Shown here one piece after another: positions 48,572 through 59,889 of a stretch of DNA of 64,000 bases. Location: the NCBI GenBank assembly GCA_049431025.1, contig JBMTCP010000009.1:4228-68227 (forward strand), in the 5' to 3' direction. Under the pieces are notes generated by a model. That model saw only the letters and a list, made by a program, of their open reading frames with translations, made no database searches and was not told the DNA's origin. Made by a program: the position numbers and the translations under genes. Source of the stretch: Bacteroidia bacterium (GTDB lineage Bacteria > Bacteroidota > Bacteroidia > UBA7662). The first letter of the stretch is position 1, and each line of letters opens with the position of its first letter.

Positions 48572-49423
48572 CTATGGGAGGGACTGACCGTAACACAAAC
48601 GATATTCCGGATGGCGAAGTATTCTTTCCAAAGAACCGACCGAATCCCACACCCTCAATCCTCCGTTCTTTTCCAGACCCAAAACCGTAAAAGAAACCGA
48701 ACCGTCCGGCCCCTCAAAGCGTAAAAGTTGACCCTTACCCCATAAACGATTTTGGCAAGCACCCAAAATCCCTTCTTGGTCAATAACGGTTGAAATAACG
48801 TCCTCGGACGGGTTGGAAGGGGATGCAAAGTCCGCCCAGACACGAAGGATCGCGTGCAACAAGGTATCTTGGTTCGGTAGAGAAGGACTGGTGGCCAAAG
48901 TCAATTTGGTTTGCTCCAGGGTCAGGGACGTTGCAAAAGGAAGCCCATTCCATGATTTTTGGTGAATATTGATACCCAAACCCACCAGAGCCTCCTGAAG
49001 GCAGGTCCCTCTCACCTGGTTTTCGATCAATAACCCGCCCCATTTCAGTCCTTCATGGCTGACCAGGTCGTTGGGCCATTTGATCCATGCGCGAAAGCCC
49101 GAACACAAATCCTCTACCGCTTCCGCCACCAACAAGGCCAACTGGAAACTCCACAGTGGAGCCATCACAAGGGGCAAAATAGGTCGTAATTGAACGGAAA
49201 CCAACAATCCTTCCCCGGCGGGACAGTCCCAACGACTACCCTGCCTGCCTCTACCGGCTTCTTGTTCGTTAGCCCAGACTACGGGTAAACCAAGACCGGA
49301 AAAATACCCCGGGCTGTCCAATCCGTTTCGCAAGACATCCTGGGTACTGCCAACCATAGCGTAGTGGTACACTTCAAAAGGGGGAAAAGGATAGACCCCA
49401 AGTGGACTCCGTAAATCGTTCAT
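48572..49423 (-). CDS. birA: Biotin--protein ligase (no N-terminal HTH)
   Basis: STQD, QEAGRGRQG..W, IKWPND, K.GGLLIE, GLGINI. Confidence 0.9.
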   Translation of the reverse strand: MNDLRSPLGVYPFPPFEVYHYAMVGSTQDVLRNGLDSPGYFSGLGLPVVWANEQEAGRGRQGSRWDCPAGEGLLVSVQLRPILPLVMAPLWSFQLALLVAEAVEDLCSGFRAWIKWPNDLVSHEGLKWGGLLIENQVRGTCLQEALVGLGINIHQKSWNGLPFATSLTLEQTKLTLATSPSLPNQDTLLHAILRVWADFASPSNPSEDVISTVIDQEGILGACQNRLWGKGQLLRFEGPDGSVSFTVLGLEKNGGLRVWDSVGSLERILRHPEYRLCYGQSLP

Positions 49424-49431
49424 AACCTACC

Positions 49432-49447
49432 TACTTTTGCAAAAATA
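49432..49447. promoter_or_regulatory. Bidirectional promoter TACTTTTG/CAAAAATA for rsfS (+) and birA (-)
   Basis: Two adjacent TAnnTTTG boxes on opposite strands in a 48-bp divergent intergenic region. Confidence 0.7.
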
Positions 49448-49471
49448 TTCCTTTCACCACCCCGTTTCTTT

Positions 49472-49861
49472 ATGACAACAACCGAACCCTTATCGGAGCA
49501 TCCCCTCGTCCAAGCCGTGGTGGAAGGTCTGGAAGACAAAAAAGGACAGAAAATCTGCATCATGGACCTTCGACATTTGAGCGAACGTATGGCCGATTTC
49601 TTTGTTATCGCCCAAGCCGAATCGTCAACCCAACTCCGAGCCATGGCCGAATCGGTCCAGGAAGCCGTTAAAAATCAAACAGGCAACCGGGTCTGGGGAA
49701 GTGAAGGCCAAAACCACGGTCGTTGGATTCTTTTGGATTACGCCGAAGTCGTGGTCCATCTTTTTTTGCCTGAAATCCGCGAATTTTACAATCTTGAAAA
49801 ACTTTGGAACGACGCCAAGATTTCATTTCCGCCCTCCTTGCCCGTCGCATCCAACCCTTAA
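49472..49861 (+). CDS. rsfS: Ribosome silencing factor
   Basis: [34 protein letters not shown]. Confidence 0.95.
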   Translation: MTTTEPLSEHPLVQAVVEGLEDKKGQKICIMDLRHLSERMADFFVIAQAESSTQLRAMAESVQEAVKNQTGNRVWGSEGQNHGRWILLDYAEVVVHLFLPEIREFYNLEKLWNDAKISFPPSLPVASNP

Positions 49862-49866
49862 AATCC

Positions 49867-51816
49867 ATGGCCACCCCTCGTAAACCCAAAAACCGTCCCA
49901 ACGCTTCCCCAAAAGGCACCAAAGAACCCAAAGGTTTCTTTAGCCTGTATTGGTTATACATTGTTATAGCATTAGCCTTTTTTGGTATCCGCCTGTTGAA
50001 CCCCGGATCCGGTTCCAAGCCCATCAATTGGAAGGACTTCACTGCCTTGGCCTCCAAGGGAGATGTCGAAAAATTGGTGGGATACCGTCAAGAAGATCTT
50101 TATGTTATAGAGGTCCACTTGACCCCAAAAGCCATGGAATCAACGAAATACAAAGAATTTCGTAACAAAAGTTTTGGTGAACCCGCAAACAACCCGTATT
50201 TCTTCAAAGAAAGCTCGCCCGAAAGCCTCGAAAATCGCCTGAAGGCTTGGTCCGAAAAAGAAAAAAAAGAGGAAATATCGGTGGAGTGGGAATCCAGGCA
50301 TTCTTGGTTTAGCGACGCATTAAGTTTTTTGTTACCGACCCTTCTTTTGGTCGGCTTATGGTTTCTCCTTTTTCGGAGGGTAACTTCAGGAGGGGGACCC
50401 GGTGGTCAGTTGTTTAACATTGGAAAATCCAAGGCCACATTATTTGACAAGAACACCAAAGTCAACATTACGTTCAACGATGTCGCTGGCCTAGAAGAAG
50501 CCAAGGTGGAGGTGATTGAAGTGGTCGATTTTCTCAAAAACCCCAAAAAATACACCGCTTTGGGAGGTAAAATCCCCAAAGGCGTTTTGTTGGTTGGCCC
50601 TCCTGGTACCGGAAAAACCCTCTTAGCCAAGGCGGTAGCCGGCGAAGCTCAGGTCCCGTTTTTTACCCTTAGTGGTTCGGATTTTGTAGAAATGTTTGTG
50701 GGTGTCGGCGCTAGCCGGGTCCGCGATTTGTTCAAACAAGCACGTGAAAAAGCCCCTTGCATCATCTTCATTGATGAAATTGATGCGGTAGGCCGTTCCC
50801 GCGGGAAGAATCAAATTATGGGAGGTAACGATGAACGCGAAAGCACGCTCAATCAACTTCTTGTAGAGATGGACGGGTTTTCTACCGATTTGGGTATCAT
50901 TATGATGGCCGCCACCAACCGCCCGGATGTTTTGGATGCTGCCCTTTTGAGACCTGGTCGCTTTGACCGGCAAATCAGTATCGACCGTCCGGATTTGGTT
51001 GGCCGGGAACAAATCTTCAAAGTGCATCTGAAGGCCCTCAAACTGGCTGCTGAAGTCGATGCGCATAAGCTGGCTGAACAAACCCCGGGATTCGCCGGAG
51101 CAGAGATTGCCAACGTATGCAACGAAGCCGCTCTCATAGCAGCTCGAACCGACAAAAAAGAAGTGGAAATGATCGATTTTAACGCGGCCATTGACCGGGT
51201 CATTGGCGGGTTGGAGAAGAAAAACAAAATCATTTCACCTGAGGAAAAGAAGATTGTAGCTTATCATGAAGCAGGCCACGCCGTGGTCGGCTGGTTTTTG
51301 GACGGAACGGACCCTTTGGTTAAGGTATCGATTGTACCTCGCGGTGTTGCTGCCTTGGGTTATGCCCAATACCTCCCCAAAGAACAATACCTCTACACCA
51401 CCGAACAATTAATGGACTCCATGTGCATGACCCTTGGTGGCAGGGCAGCCGAAGAAATCGTCTTTGGCCGCATCAGTACCGGGGCGCAAAACGATTTGGA
51501 ACGTATTACCCGCATGGCCTACGGCATGGTTACCCTCTACGGCATGAACAAAGCGGTGGGTCCCGTTAGTTTTAATGATACGCAAGGGGAGTACCAGTTT
51601 CGCAAACCCTATTCCGAGGAGATGGCCCAACTCATTGACAAGGAAGTCCGATCCATCATCGACCAAGCCTATCAAAAGACCTTGGCTTTGATACGTTCCA
51701 AAAGGGAGATTTTGGAGGCTATTGCTTTGGAGCTATTGGCCAAAGAAGTCATTTTTCAGGTAGACCTGGAACGCATTGCCGGCCCCAGGCCTTTTGAAAA
51801 CAGCGAATCTGCCTAA
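49867..51816 (+). CDS. ftsH: ATP-dependent zinc metalloprotease FtsH
   Basis: Two TMs, [27 protein letters not shown]; ATG at 49867. Confidence 0.97.
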   Translation: MATPRKPKNRPNASPKGTKEPKGFFSLYWLYIVIALAFFGIRLLNPGSGSKPINWKDFTALASKGDVEKLVGYRQEDLYVIEVHLTPKAMESTKYKEFRNKSFGEPANNPYFFKESSPESLENRLKAWSEKEKKEEISVEWESRHSWFSDALSFLLPTLLLVGLWFLLFRRVTSGGGPGGQLFNIGKSKATLFDKNTKVNITFNDVAGLEEAKVEVIEVVDFLKNPKKYTALGGKIPKGVLLVGPPGTGKTLLAKAVAGEAQVPFFTLSGSDFVEMFVGVGASRVRDLFKQAREKAPCIIFIDEIDAVGRSRGKNQIMGGNDERESTLNQLLVEMDGFSTDLGIIMMAATNRPDVLDAALLRPGRFDRQISIDRPDLVGREQIFKVHLKALKLAAEVDAHKLAEQTPGFAGAEIANVCNEAALIAARTDKKEVEMIDFNAAIDRVIGGLEKKNKIISPEEKKIVAYHEAGHAVVGWFLDGTDPLVKVSIVPRGVAALGYAQYLPKEQYLYTTEQLMDSMCMTLGGRAAEEIVFGRISTGAQNDLERITRMAYGMVTLYGMNKAVGPVSFNDTQGEYQFRKPYSEEMAQLIDKEVRSIIDQAYQKTLALIRSKREILEAIALELLAKEVIFQVDLERIAGPRPFENSESA

Positions 51817-51818
51817 TC

Positions 51819-52466
51819 ATGGGGATATCCTCCCGTGAAACGGTCATCCAGAGGTTACGCAAAGCGTTGATCCACCCTTCGGATCCACCCCTGAGAGTAC
51901 GCCCGGAAGCGGCAGCCGAAGATCCGTTCCAACCGCTCCAAGAAGATTTGGCCGTGGCCTTTGCCAAACGCCTCTTGAACCTCAATGGTCGATTTGTCTA
52001 TGCCGAAAACCGGGAGGAATGGTCGGAATACCTTCGAAGAGGGCATGAGGAAGCCCAAAACGCTCCGATTTTCTGCATGGAACCCCAGGCCCAGGCCTGG
52101 CTCAAAGCGTCAGGCCTGACCTATTCCACCGACCCCGCCCTCATGGATGATGGTAGCATTGGGGTCACGGGCTGTGAGGCCCTGATTGCCTGGAGTGGTT
52201 CCGTCGTGGTGAGCTCTGCTCAGGCCTACGGTAGGAGCATGACGGTGTACCCGCCGGTGCATTGGGTTTTGGCCCGAAGCAGCCAATTGGTTCCCCGGCT
52301 CAAGGACGCCATGGCCCTCCTTCGAGCGCGGTATCCTGATCAGCGCTTACCCTCCATGCTATCCACCATCACAGGCCCTAGCCGGACTGCGGATATCGAA
52401 AAAACCTTGGTCTTGGGCGCCCACGGACCGCGCGAACTGTGGGTTTTTTTGTTGGAGGAGGCATGA
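51819..52466 (+). CDS. LUD domain protein (LutC/YkgG family)
   Basis: ITGPSRTADIEKTLVLGAHGP. Confidence 0.88.
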   Translation: MGISSRETVIQRLRKALIHPSDPPLRVRPEAAAEDPFQPLQEDLAVAFAKRLLNLNGRFVYAENREEWSEYLRRGHEEAQNAPIFCMEPQAQAWLKASGLTYSTDPALMDDGSIGVTGCEALIAWSGSVVVSSAQAYGRSMTVYPPVHWVLARSSQLVPRLKDAMALLRARYPDQRLPSMLSTITGPSRTADIEKTLVLGAHGPRELWVFLLEEA

Positions 52467-53305
52467 AGTCCATCTATTTACTCAGTGACTTTCATTTGGG
52501 AAGTCCCTCGCTGCAGGCTTCAAGGTCCAGAGAACATTTGTTGTTAAAATTCTTTGAAGAAACCCAGCATGATGCCTCCGCCTATTATTTGTTAGGCGAT
52601 GTTTTTGACTTCTGGTTTGAACTTCAACGCGCCGTTCCCAAACACTTTGTACGTTTGCAGGGCTGCTTGGCCCGACTCACCGATAAAGGACTGCCGGTTC
52701 ATTATTTTACAGGCAATCACGACGGCTGGACCTTTGGATACCTCGAAGAAGAACTGGGTGTGATTTTGCACCGCGATACCTTAATGACCGAATGGGAGGG
52801 GAAACGACTTTTGTTGGCCCATGGTGATGGCAAAGGCCCTGGTGATCAAGGATATAAGCGACTCAAAAAAGTTTTCAATTCCCCTCTCAATCAACGACTT
52901 TTTGGCTGGCTTCATCCGGATTTTTCCTTTGGAATTGCTCAGAATTGGTCGCGCAAAAGCAGAGCCTCGCAAGGCGCCGAATACAACCCGGAATTACCCT
53001 CTTCATTAGCCTTTGATCCCAACCACGAATGGCTGTACCACTATTGCCTGCGCAAACAAAACGAACAAAGGCAAAAGGGAGAAGCTGGATTTGATTATTT
53101 GATTTTTGGGCATCGTCATCTTCCGATTTTTTGTCCCTTGCCTGGTGGAGGAACTTACGTGAATTTGGGCGAGTGGATTGACCAGCCTACCTATGGTCGC
53201 TTTAGGGATGGCCAATTGGAACTCCTCAGCTACCCAAGCCATCAAACCACCGGTTACGGAAGAACACACCTTACCCCTCAACCGGTTCAACCGAACGTTT
53301 CTTAA
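52463..53305 (+). CDS. lpxH: UDP-2,3-diacylglucosamine diphosphatase
   Basis: SDFHLG, GDVFDFW, GNHD, HGDG, GHRH, NLGEW; ATGA overlap at 52463. Confidence 0.85.
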   Translation: MKSIYLLSDFHLGSPSLQASRSREHLLLKFFEETQHDASAYYLLGDVFDFWFELQRAVPKHFVRLQGCLARLTDKGLPVHYFTGNHDGWTFGYLEEELGVILHRDTLMTEWEGKRLLLAHGDGKGPGDQGYKRLKKVFNSPLNQRLFGWLHPDFSFGIAQNWSRKSRASQGAEYNPELPSSLAFDPNHEWLYHYCLRKQNEQRQKGEAGFDYLIFGHRHLPIFCPLPGGGTYVNLGEWIDQPTYGRFRDGQLELLSYPSHQTTGYGRTHLTPQPVQPNVS

Positions 53306-53308
53306 CCT

Positions 53309-54379
53309 ATGCTCGATCGTATTGCTCCACTACAAGCCCGCTTCAACGACCTGGAACGTTCTTTGCAAGACCCTGCCGTCTTTGGTGATTCCGCCAAGAT
53401 GGCTGCCCTTAACAAAGAATACAGCAGGCTGCAAAAAATTTTGGATGTAGCCGACCGGTTTCGTAAAACCTTGCAGCGGATTGAGGACGGTAAGATTTTT
53501 TTGACCGAAAACAACGATCCCGAATGGGCAGCCTTGGGAAGGGAGGAACTGGATAAGGCCCAAACCGAATTACCCTTATTGGAAGAAGAGCTGACCTGGC
53601 TGCTCATTCCAAGGGATCCCGAAGATCACAAAGATGTGCTTTTGGAAATCAGAGCAGGAACAGGTGGGGACGAAGCGGGTCTTTTCGCCGGCGAATTGGC
53701 GCGTATGTACCAGCGCTATTGCGAAAAACAAGGATGGCGTGTGGAATTACAGGATGCCAGCGAAGGTACCTTGGGCGGTTTCAAGGAAATTATTTTTCGG
53801 GTGAGCGGGGATGAGGTGTACGGTACCCTCAAATTTGAATCCGGGGTTCATCGCGTCCAAAGGGTTCCGGCCACCGAAACCCAAGGCCGGGTGCATACCT
53901 CCGCGGCCACCGTAGCAGTCATGCCCGAAGCCGAAGAAATTGATGTGGTACTCAACCCTGCCGATATTGAATTGCAAACCGCGCGTTCAGGTGGGGCCGG
54001 AGGACAGAATGTGAACAAGGTGGAGACCAAAGTAATGTTGACCCATAAACCAACCGGTATCGTGGTGACCTGCCAGGTCGAACGTTCCCAGCTTGGTAAC
54101 CGTGCCCGTGCCATGGAAATGCTGAGAACCCGACTTTACGAGCTCGAAAAGCAAAAAGCGGACGCAGAAGAAGCCGGTAAGCGTAAATCCATGGTTTCAA
54201 CCGGGGATCGCTCTGCCAAAATTCGGACCTACAATTTTCCGCAAAGCCGGGTAACCGACCATCGTATTGGAATGACCGTCTACTCCCTGGATCAATTCAT
54301 GGATGGAGATTTGCAGGACATGATCAACGCCCTCAAAGTAGCCGAAAACACCGAACGTTTGGCTGGTCTGAAATCCTGA
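53309..54379 (+). CDS. prfA: Peptide chain release factor 1
   Basis: [15 protein letters not shown] (PxT), GGAGGQ, RTYNFPQ. Confidence 0.97.
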   Translation: MLDRIAPLQARFNDLERSLQDPAVFGDSAKMAALNKEYSRLQKILDVADRFRKTLQRIEDGKIFLTENNDPEWAALGREELDKAQTELPLLEEELTWLLIPRDPEDHKDVLLEIRAGTGGDEAGLFAGELARMYQRYCEKQGWRVELQDASEGTLGGFKEIIFRVSGDEVYGTLKFESGVHRVQRVPATETQGRVHTSAATVAVMPEAEEIDVVLNPADIELQTARSGGAGGQNVNKVETKVMLTHKPTGIVVTCQVERSQLGNRARAMEMLRTRLYELEKQKADAEEAGKRKSMVSTGDRSAKIRTYNFPQSRVTDHRIGMTVYSLDQFMDGDLQDMINALKVAENTERLAGLKS

Positions 54380-54442
54380 TTTTGGGCCTACCTTGGGTTC
54401 CACTTGGCTTTTGTTTCTCCTTAAACCTTTCTAATCCCCTCC

Positions 54443-56437
54443 GTGAATTCCTACCCCAATCCCAAAGACCAGGCCGTCATTGCCGCCATCAAAGGCTTGG
54501 TCATGGACGCCACCGCAGCAGCCCGTTCAGGCCATCCGGGTGGTGCCTTTTCCTCCAGTGATTTTGCCGCGCTGCTATGGATGGAGACCCTGCATTATGC
54601 ACCCGCTCATCCTCAATGGCCCCTTCGTGATCGCTTTGTGTTATCGGCCGGGCATGAATCCATGTTGCTTTACAGTTTACTCCACCTGGCCGGTATGCTC
54701 AGCCTGGACGAAATCAAACGATTTCGACAATTGGGAAGCCTCACCCCAGGGCATCCGGAAAGCCATTTAACCCCTGGGGTTGAAGCCACCACCGGGCCTT
54801 TGGGTCAAGGGGTTGCCATGGGCGTTGGCATGGCCGTTGCTGCTCTGCAAGAACAAGCACAGCATCGTGATCAGGCCACACCAAATCGCCTGCCCCGGGT
54901 TTGGGTTTTGGCCGGGGATGGTGATCTCCAGGAAGACGTCGCTTTGGGGGCCTGCCAACTGGCCGGGCATTGGGGTTTGGGAAACCTGGTCCTTTACTAC
55001 GACAAAAACGATATCCAAATTTCTGGCCCCGTTGATCGGGTGAGCTCGGTGAACTTCAGGGGCTTGTTTGAATCCATGCAATGGGATGTCATGGAGGTTG
55101 ATGGGCATGATCATACGGCCCTACGATCGGCTCTGGCCGAAGGGGCACGAAACGATCGCTTCAAACCCCTCCTCATCCTGGGACAAAGCACCATGGCCAA
55201 GGGTGCCGCCACGATGGAGGGTTTGGCCAAAACCCATGGAGAACCCTTACCCGCTGCTGAAATTGCAGCCACCAAATCGCTGTTGGGCTTGAACCCGGAG
55301 GATTCCTTTGCGGTTCGTCCCGAGGTCTACACGCATTTTACCCGTCGCCTATCCCTCCTTAACCAAGAAGCGCAATCCTCCCCCGAAACAAGTTCATCTC
55401 CTCTCCCTTCCGTTGCGTGGCCATCCTATGAAACAGGTCAAAGCCTGGCCACCCGGGTTGCTTTTGGTCAGGCTTTGGCTCAAATGGGTTCGGCCATGCC
55501 CGGGCTAACAGGAGGCAGTGCTGATTTGGAACCCTCCAACAATACCGCGGCCTTCGCAAGTATCGTCGGGGAGTTTCATCGTAACAACCGGGCCGGAAGA
55601 AACCTGGCTTTTGGGGTTCGTGAATTCCCAATGGCGGCCATTCTTAACGGAATAGCTCTCTATAGCCCTCACTTCAAGCCTTTTGGTGCGACGTTTTTGA
55701 CTTTTTCGGATTACATGCGCAATGCGATTCGCATGAGCGCCCTACAGAAATTATCGGTACTCCATGTTTTTACCCACGATTCCATTTTCTTGGGTGAAGA
55801 CGGCCCAACCCACCAATCGGTTGAACATTTGATGAGCCTGCGTGCCATTCCGGATTTATGGGTTCTGCGACCTGCGGATGCCCGCGAAACCCAGGCCTGC
55901 CTACGATTGTGGTCAGCGAACCCTCATCAAGCGGCTGTTTTGGCATTAACCCGTCAAAACGTGCCGACTTTGGCCTGCACCGAAGGTCCTGCGGATGCCT
56001 TGGACCAAAACGTGGCCAGGGGTGGGTATTTGGCTTGGGAACAGATCGGTCAGGATCAGGGTTTGGAACCCTTGTACGGCTACGCCACGGGTTCCGAGGT
56101 CGCCACCCTCATCGAGGCCTGCCAACTTTTATCGGAAAGCGAAGGGTCTGGACAAGCAAGAACCATACGGGTCTATTCCATTCCTTGTTGGGAGCTTTTG
56201 GATCAACAACCCGAGGATTACCGCGCCCAGTTGCGGGGGCCTAACAAGGCCAAGCGGGTGTCCATGGAGGCTGGAATAACCCTGGGATGGTCCAAGTTCA
56301 CCGGCCTGGACGGGCTTCAAATAGGGGTCGATACCTTTGGTTATTCAGCTCCGGGTCCTGATCTGGCCAAGCACTTTGGATTGGAAGCGGCACAGGTCAA
56401 GGATAGGATCTTGGCATGGCTGCATCCCCGTTCGTAA
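54443..56437 (+). CDS. tkt: Transketolase (single-chain)
   Basis: SGHPG, DRFVLSAGH, GPLGQG, GDGD..E, GVREF, THDSIFLGEDGPTHQ. Confidence 0.95.
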   Translation: MNSYPNPKDQAVIAAIKGLVMDATAAARSGHPGGAFSSSDFAALLWMETLHYAPAHPQWPLRDRFVLSAGHESMLLYSLLHLAGMLSLDEIKRFRQLGSLTPGHPESHLTPGVEATTGPLGQGVAMGVGMAVAALQEQAQHRDQATPNRLPRVWVLAGDGDLQEDVALGACQLAGHWGLGNLVLYYDKNDIQISGPVDRVSSVNFRGLFESMQWDVMEVDGHDHTALRSALAEGARNDRFKPLLILGQSTMAKGAATMEGLAKTHGEPLPAAEIAATKSLLGLNPEDSFAVRPEVYTHFTRRLSLLNQEAQSSPETSSSPLPSVAWPSYETGQSLATRVAFGQALAQMGSAMPGLTGGSADLEPSNNTAAFASIVGEFHRNNRAGRNLAFGVREFPMAAILNGIALYSPHFKPFGATFLTFSDYMRNAIRMSALQKLSVLHVFTHDSIFLGEDGPTHQSVEHLMSLRAIPDLWVLRPADARETQACLRLWSANPHQAAVLALTRQNVPTLACTEGPADALDQNVARGGYLAWEQIGQDQGLEPLYGYATGSEVATLIEACQLLSESEGSGQARTIRVYSIPCWELLDQQPEDYRAQLRGPNKAKRVSMEAGITLGWSKFTGLDGLQIGVDTFGYSAPGPDLAKHFGLEAAQVKDRILAWLHPRS

Positions 56438-56476
56438 ATTTCATTGACCAGCCTTTGGTCCCTTACCTTTATTCCT

Positions 56477-57820
56477 ATGCCGATAATATCCCTCCCCATG
56501 AACCTGCGTTGCCTTACGGTTGCTCCCCTAACCAAAACTTTGGTTGGCCTCTTTTTTGGGTTGGCCTTTACGGCACTCGCTCAACCCAACCCCAGCCCGG
56601 GCAAGCCCCAATCCCGTCCGATTTGGATAACCGGTGCAACCATCCACGATGCCGTCCAAGCCCCCTACCCGGGGGTTGTTGGTTTTGAAGACGGTAAACT
56701 GATTTATGTGGGTAGCGGCGCAGAAATCCGCCTGGATCCGGAAAGTTCAGAAATCATCGATGCCAGGGGCCAACATATCTACCCGGGGTTCATTGCCTTG
56801 CATACCCTTTTGGGTTTGTACGAGATTGAATCGGTGCGAGCAACCCGAGATCATACCGAATCCGGTACCCTAAACCCCCATGTCCATGCCTTAATCGCTT
56901 ACAATTCCGATTCCAGAATTGTTCCAACCGTTCGCAACCATGGGATTTTATTGGCCCAATTAGCTCCGGAAGGAGGCCTGATTTCGGGACGGTCTGCGGT
57001 GGTTCAATTGGATGCCTGGAATTGGGAAGATGCCTGCATACAACCAGCGGACGGAATGTATTTGCAGTGGCCTTCCATGACCAACTTCAGTGGGCCTCGT
57101 GCCCCTTCCGCCGAAGACCAAGAAAAAGCCAGGAACCTGACCTTGGCAACCCTGGAAAATTTCTTGAACGAAGCACTGGACTACCATCGGGACAAGAGCC
57201 AGCGACCCGTGAACCTCAAACTTGCATCAGCCGCTGGCCTATGGACCGGCAAGACCAAAATGTACGTGCGGGTAAGCGAGGCCAAAGGAATGGTGGCAGC
57301 CGTCGAGTTTTTGGCTCGTTGGAACATCAAGCCGGTTTTGGTTGGTGCCGAAGAAGCCGACCAGATCCAGGACTGGCTGGCTTCCCAAAAAATTGATTTG
57401 GTCCTTAACAAGGTTCATCGCCTGCCCAACCGCGATGGTGACCCGGTTTATTCCGCCTACGATGCCCCGGCGCGGTTGGCCCGAGCCGGAATTCGCTTTG
57501 CCTTTAGCATGGATGGCGCTTGGAATCAGCGTAACCTCCCCTACCAGGCGGGCCATGCCGTAGGTTTTGGGTTGGATACTTTGCGTGCCCTCCAAGCCTT
57601 AACCCTGGATGCGGCGCGCATTTTGGGTATTGATGGCCGTTACGGAAGTTTGGAGGTAGGCAAAAGCGCTACCCTCTTTGTTTCGTCGGGCGATGCTTTG
57701 GACATGAGGGGAAATAACCCTACCCATGCTTTTGTGGATGGACGAAGGGTGAACTTGGACGACAAGCAAAAAGCCCTTTACCGCAAATTCAGCGATAAAT
57801 ACGAATTAGAGGCCCGATAA
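56477..57820 (+). CDS. Secreted amidohydrolase-family protein (start 56477 or 56498)
   Basis: IDARGQHIYPGFI, ALTLDAARILG, GSLEVGKSA; the metal-binding DxHxH motif is degenerate. Confidence 0.8.
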   Translation: MPIISLPMNLRCLTVAPLTKTLVGLFFGLAFTALAQPNPSPGKPQSRPIWITGATIHDAVQAPYPGVVGFEDGKLIYVGSGAEIRLDPESSEIIDARGQHIYPGFIALHTLLGLYEIESVRATRDHTESGTLNPHVHALIAYNSDSRIVPTVRNHGILLAQLAPEGGLISGRSAVVQLDAWNWEDACIQPADGMYLQWPSMTNFSGPRAPSAEDQEKARNLTLATLENFLNEALDYHRDKSQRPVNLKLASAAGLWTGKTKMYVRVSEAKGMVAAVEFLARWNIKPVLVGAEEADQIQDWLASQKIDLVLNKVHRLPNRDGDPVYSAYDAPARLARAGIRFAFSMDGAWNQRNLPYQAGHAVGFGLDTLRALQALTLDAARILGIDGRYGSLEVGKSATLFVSSGDALDMRGNNPTHAFVDGRRVNLDDKQKALYRKFSDKYELEAR

Positions 57821-57861
57821 GCGAATAGAGGTCCTCGAAAGGGCTCCAAAGGGCTTATCGG
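57814..57861. terminator. Hairpin between convergent genes, possible terminator
   Basis: CCGATAAGC (57814-22) / GCTTATCGG (57853-61) with an internal short hairpin. Confidence 0.4.
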
Positions 57862-57885
57862 CCAACGGGTTATTCAACCAACGGG

Positions 57886-58296
57886 TTATTCGGCAAACAT
57901 CGCCTGAAGGCGTTCGGCAATGGCATCCGCGCTGTGGCCTTCAATCCCGCTACGCTCAATCAAATGAGCCAATTTACCGCCTTTGAATAAAGCAATACAG
58001 GGTGAGGATGGTGGATACGGCAAAAAATGAGTCCGCATTTCATCCACGGCATCGGTTTCCATGCCCGCAAAAACCGTAACGCGAGCTTGAGGTGCTTTGG
58101 AATCCTCCAGGGCCTTACGAATACCTGGACGAGCATTGGCAGCAGCGCAACCGCAGACTGAATTAACCACCACCAATGCCGTATCGTCTTTTCGGCTAAC
58201 AAAGTCCTGGACTTGCTCAGGCGTTCTTAATTCTTCGAAACCCAGGTCAGTGAGTTCTTTGCGCATGGGCGCTACCATAAATTCGGGATAAGGCAT
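57886..58296 (-). CDS. BrxA/BrxB family bacilliredoxin
   Basis: [35 protein letters not shown]. Confidence 0.9.
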   Translation of the reverse strand: MPYPEFMVAPMRKELTDLGFEELRTPEQVQDFVSRKDDTALVVVNSVCGCAAANARPGIRKALEDSKAPQARVTVFAGMETDAVDEMRTHFLPYPPSSPCIALFKGGKLAHLIERSGIEGHSADAIAERLQAMFAE

Positions 58297-58401
58297 ATTT
58301 GGTTCGATTACGTTGGTTTAGGGTTAAAAATCAAGGCGGCGAAACGATCCGAGTCAAACCACCCGCGCAGCAAAAATACAACGCTTCCACCCCAGCCTTC
58401 G

Positions 58402-58409
58402 TATATTTG
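58402..58409 (+). promoter_or_regulatory. -7 promoter box for ahcY (an opposite-strand box for brx lies at 58371-78)
   Basis: TATATTTG 18 nt upstream of ATG 58428. Confidence 0.6.
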
Positions 58410-58427
58410 CGCCCCAAACCAAAACTT

Positions 58428-59735
58428 ATGGAAAGCGCTACTGCTCAATACAAAGTCAAAGATATCGCCCTTGCTGAATGGGGCCGAAAAGAAATTCGTC
58501 TGGCCGAAGCCGAGATGCCCGGTTTGATGGCACTCCGCGATGAATTTGGTGCAAGCCAACCCCTCAAAGGAGCGCGTATTGCCGGTTGCCTGCACATGAC
58601 CATCCAAACCGCTGTGTTGATCGAAACACTCAAAGCACTGGGCGCCGAAGTCAGCTGGTCCTCTTGCAATATTTTCTCAACCCAAGACCATGCGGCAGCG
58701 GCCATCGCAGCAGCAGGTATACCGGTTTTCGCCTGGAAAGGAATGACCGAAGAGGAATACGAGTGGTGCATTGAGCAAACCCTCTATGCCTTTGAAGGCG
58801 GACAGGCTCTGAATATGATTCTGGATGATGGGGGCGATTTAACCAACGTGGTTTTGGATCGCTATCCCGAAATGGTTGCTGGAATACGTGGAATTTCAGA
58901 AGAAACTACAACAGGAGTTGCCCGCTTGTACAAGCGTATGCGCGAAGGCACCTTGCCCGTTCCCGCCATCAATGTGAACGACTCGGTGACCAAATCCAAA
59001 TTTGATAACAAATACGGATGCCGTGAATCAGCTGTGGACGCTATTCGTCGTGCAACGGATGTTATGATGGCGGGCAAAGTTGCTGTCGTATGTGGTTACG
59101 GTGATGTTGGCAAAGGAACCGCGGAAAGTCTCCGCGGAGCCGGAGCTCGCGTTATTGTTACCGAAATTGATCCAATTTGCGCCCTTCAGGCCGCTATGGA
59201 TGGTTACCAAGTCAAAAGATTAGACCATGTTATTGATCAAGTTGATATCGTAATCACCGCAACGGGCAATTGTAATATTGTGACTGATAGGCATTTCCAA
59301 AAAATGAAAGACAAAACTATCGTATGCAATATTGGTCACTTTGACAACGAAATTGATATGGCCTGGTTGAACAAACATCATGGTTCATCCAAGTATACGG
59401 TTAAGCCCCAGGTGGATGTTTATACCATTGAAGGTCGAGAAATTATTGTTTTGGCCGAAGGTCGTTTGGTGAATTTGGGTTGTGCAATGGGGCATCCAAG
59501 TTTTGTTATGTCAAACTCATTCACCAACCAAACCCTAGCCCAAATGGAATTGTGGAGTAACGCCGGGCATTACAGCAACCAAGTTTATGTACTCCCCAAA
59601 CACCTGGACGAAAAAGTTGCAGCCTTGCACCTTTCCAAAGTAGGCGCCGAACTCGAAGTCTTGAGCAACGAACAAGCCGAGTACATTGGAGTTGGCCTCA
59701 ACGGTCCTTTCAAAACCGAAATGTACCGTTACTAA
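58428..59735 (+). CDS. ahcY: Adenosylhomocysteinase
   Basis: [43 protein letters not shown]. Confidence 0.97.
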   Translation: MESATAQYKVKDIALAEWGRKEIRLAEAEMPGLMALRDEFGASQPLKGARIAGCLHMTIQTAVLIETLKALGAEVSWSSCNIFSTQDHAAAAIAAAGIPVFAWKGMTEEEYEWCIEQTLYAFEGGQALNMILDDGGDLTNVVLDRYPEMVAGIRGISEETTTGVARLYKRMREGTLPVPAINVNDSVTKSKFDNKYGCRESAVDAIRRATDVMMAGKVAVVCGYGDVGKGTAESLRGAGARVIVTEIDPICALQAAMDGYQVKRLDHVIDQVDIVITATGNCNIVTDRHFQKMKDKTIVCNIGHFDNEIDMAWLNKHHGSSKYTVKPQVDVYTIEGREIIVLAEGRLVNLGCAMGHPSFVMSNSFTNQTLAQMELWSNAGHYSNQVYVLPKHLDEKVAALHLSKVGAELEVLSNEQAEYIGVGLNGPFKTEMYRY

Positions 59736-59785
59736 GATGTGCGGTTGAGGGGGTATTTGAAAGCTCCTCTATAGTCCGGAAAATG

Positions 59786-59815
59786 AAAAAGGGCTGCCTG
59801 CGGGCAGCCCTTTTT
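59786..59815. terminator. Bidirectional intrinsic terminator (ahcY / tRNA-Gln)
   Basis: AAAAA-GGGCTGCC-TGCG-GGCAGCCC-TTTTT. Confidence 0.88.
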
Positions 59816-59816
59816 G

Positions 59817-59889
59817 TTGGCCGACTAGGTCTCGAACCTAGACTCTTCTGAACCAAAATCAGACGTGTTGCCAATTACACCATCGGCCA
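59817..59889 (-). tRNA. tRNA-Gln (anticodon TTG)
   Basis: Reverse complement TGGCCGATGGTGTAATTGGC...TCTGA-TTTTGGT-TCAGA...GGTTCGAGACC...TCGGCCA; CCA not encoded; TATATTTG box at 59953-60. Confidence 0.96.

Noticed and set aside
58297-58427. SAH/SAM riboswitch or N-terminal extension of ahcY
   Set aside because: A -7 box lies 18 nt before ATG 58428, leaving no room for a structured leader; the extension is non-homologous
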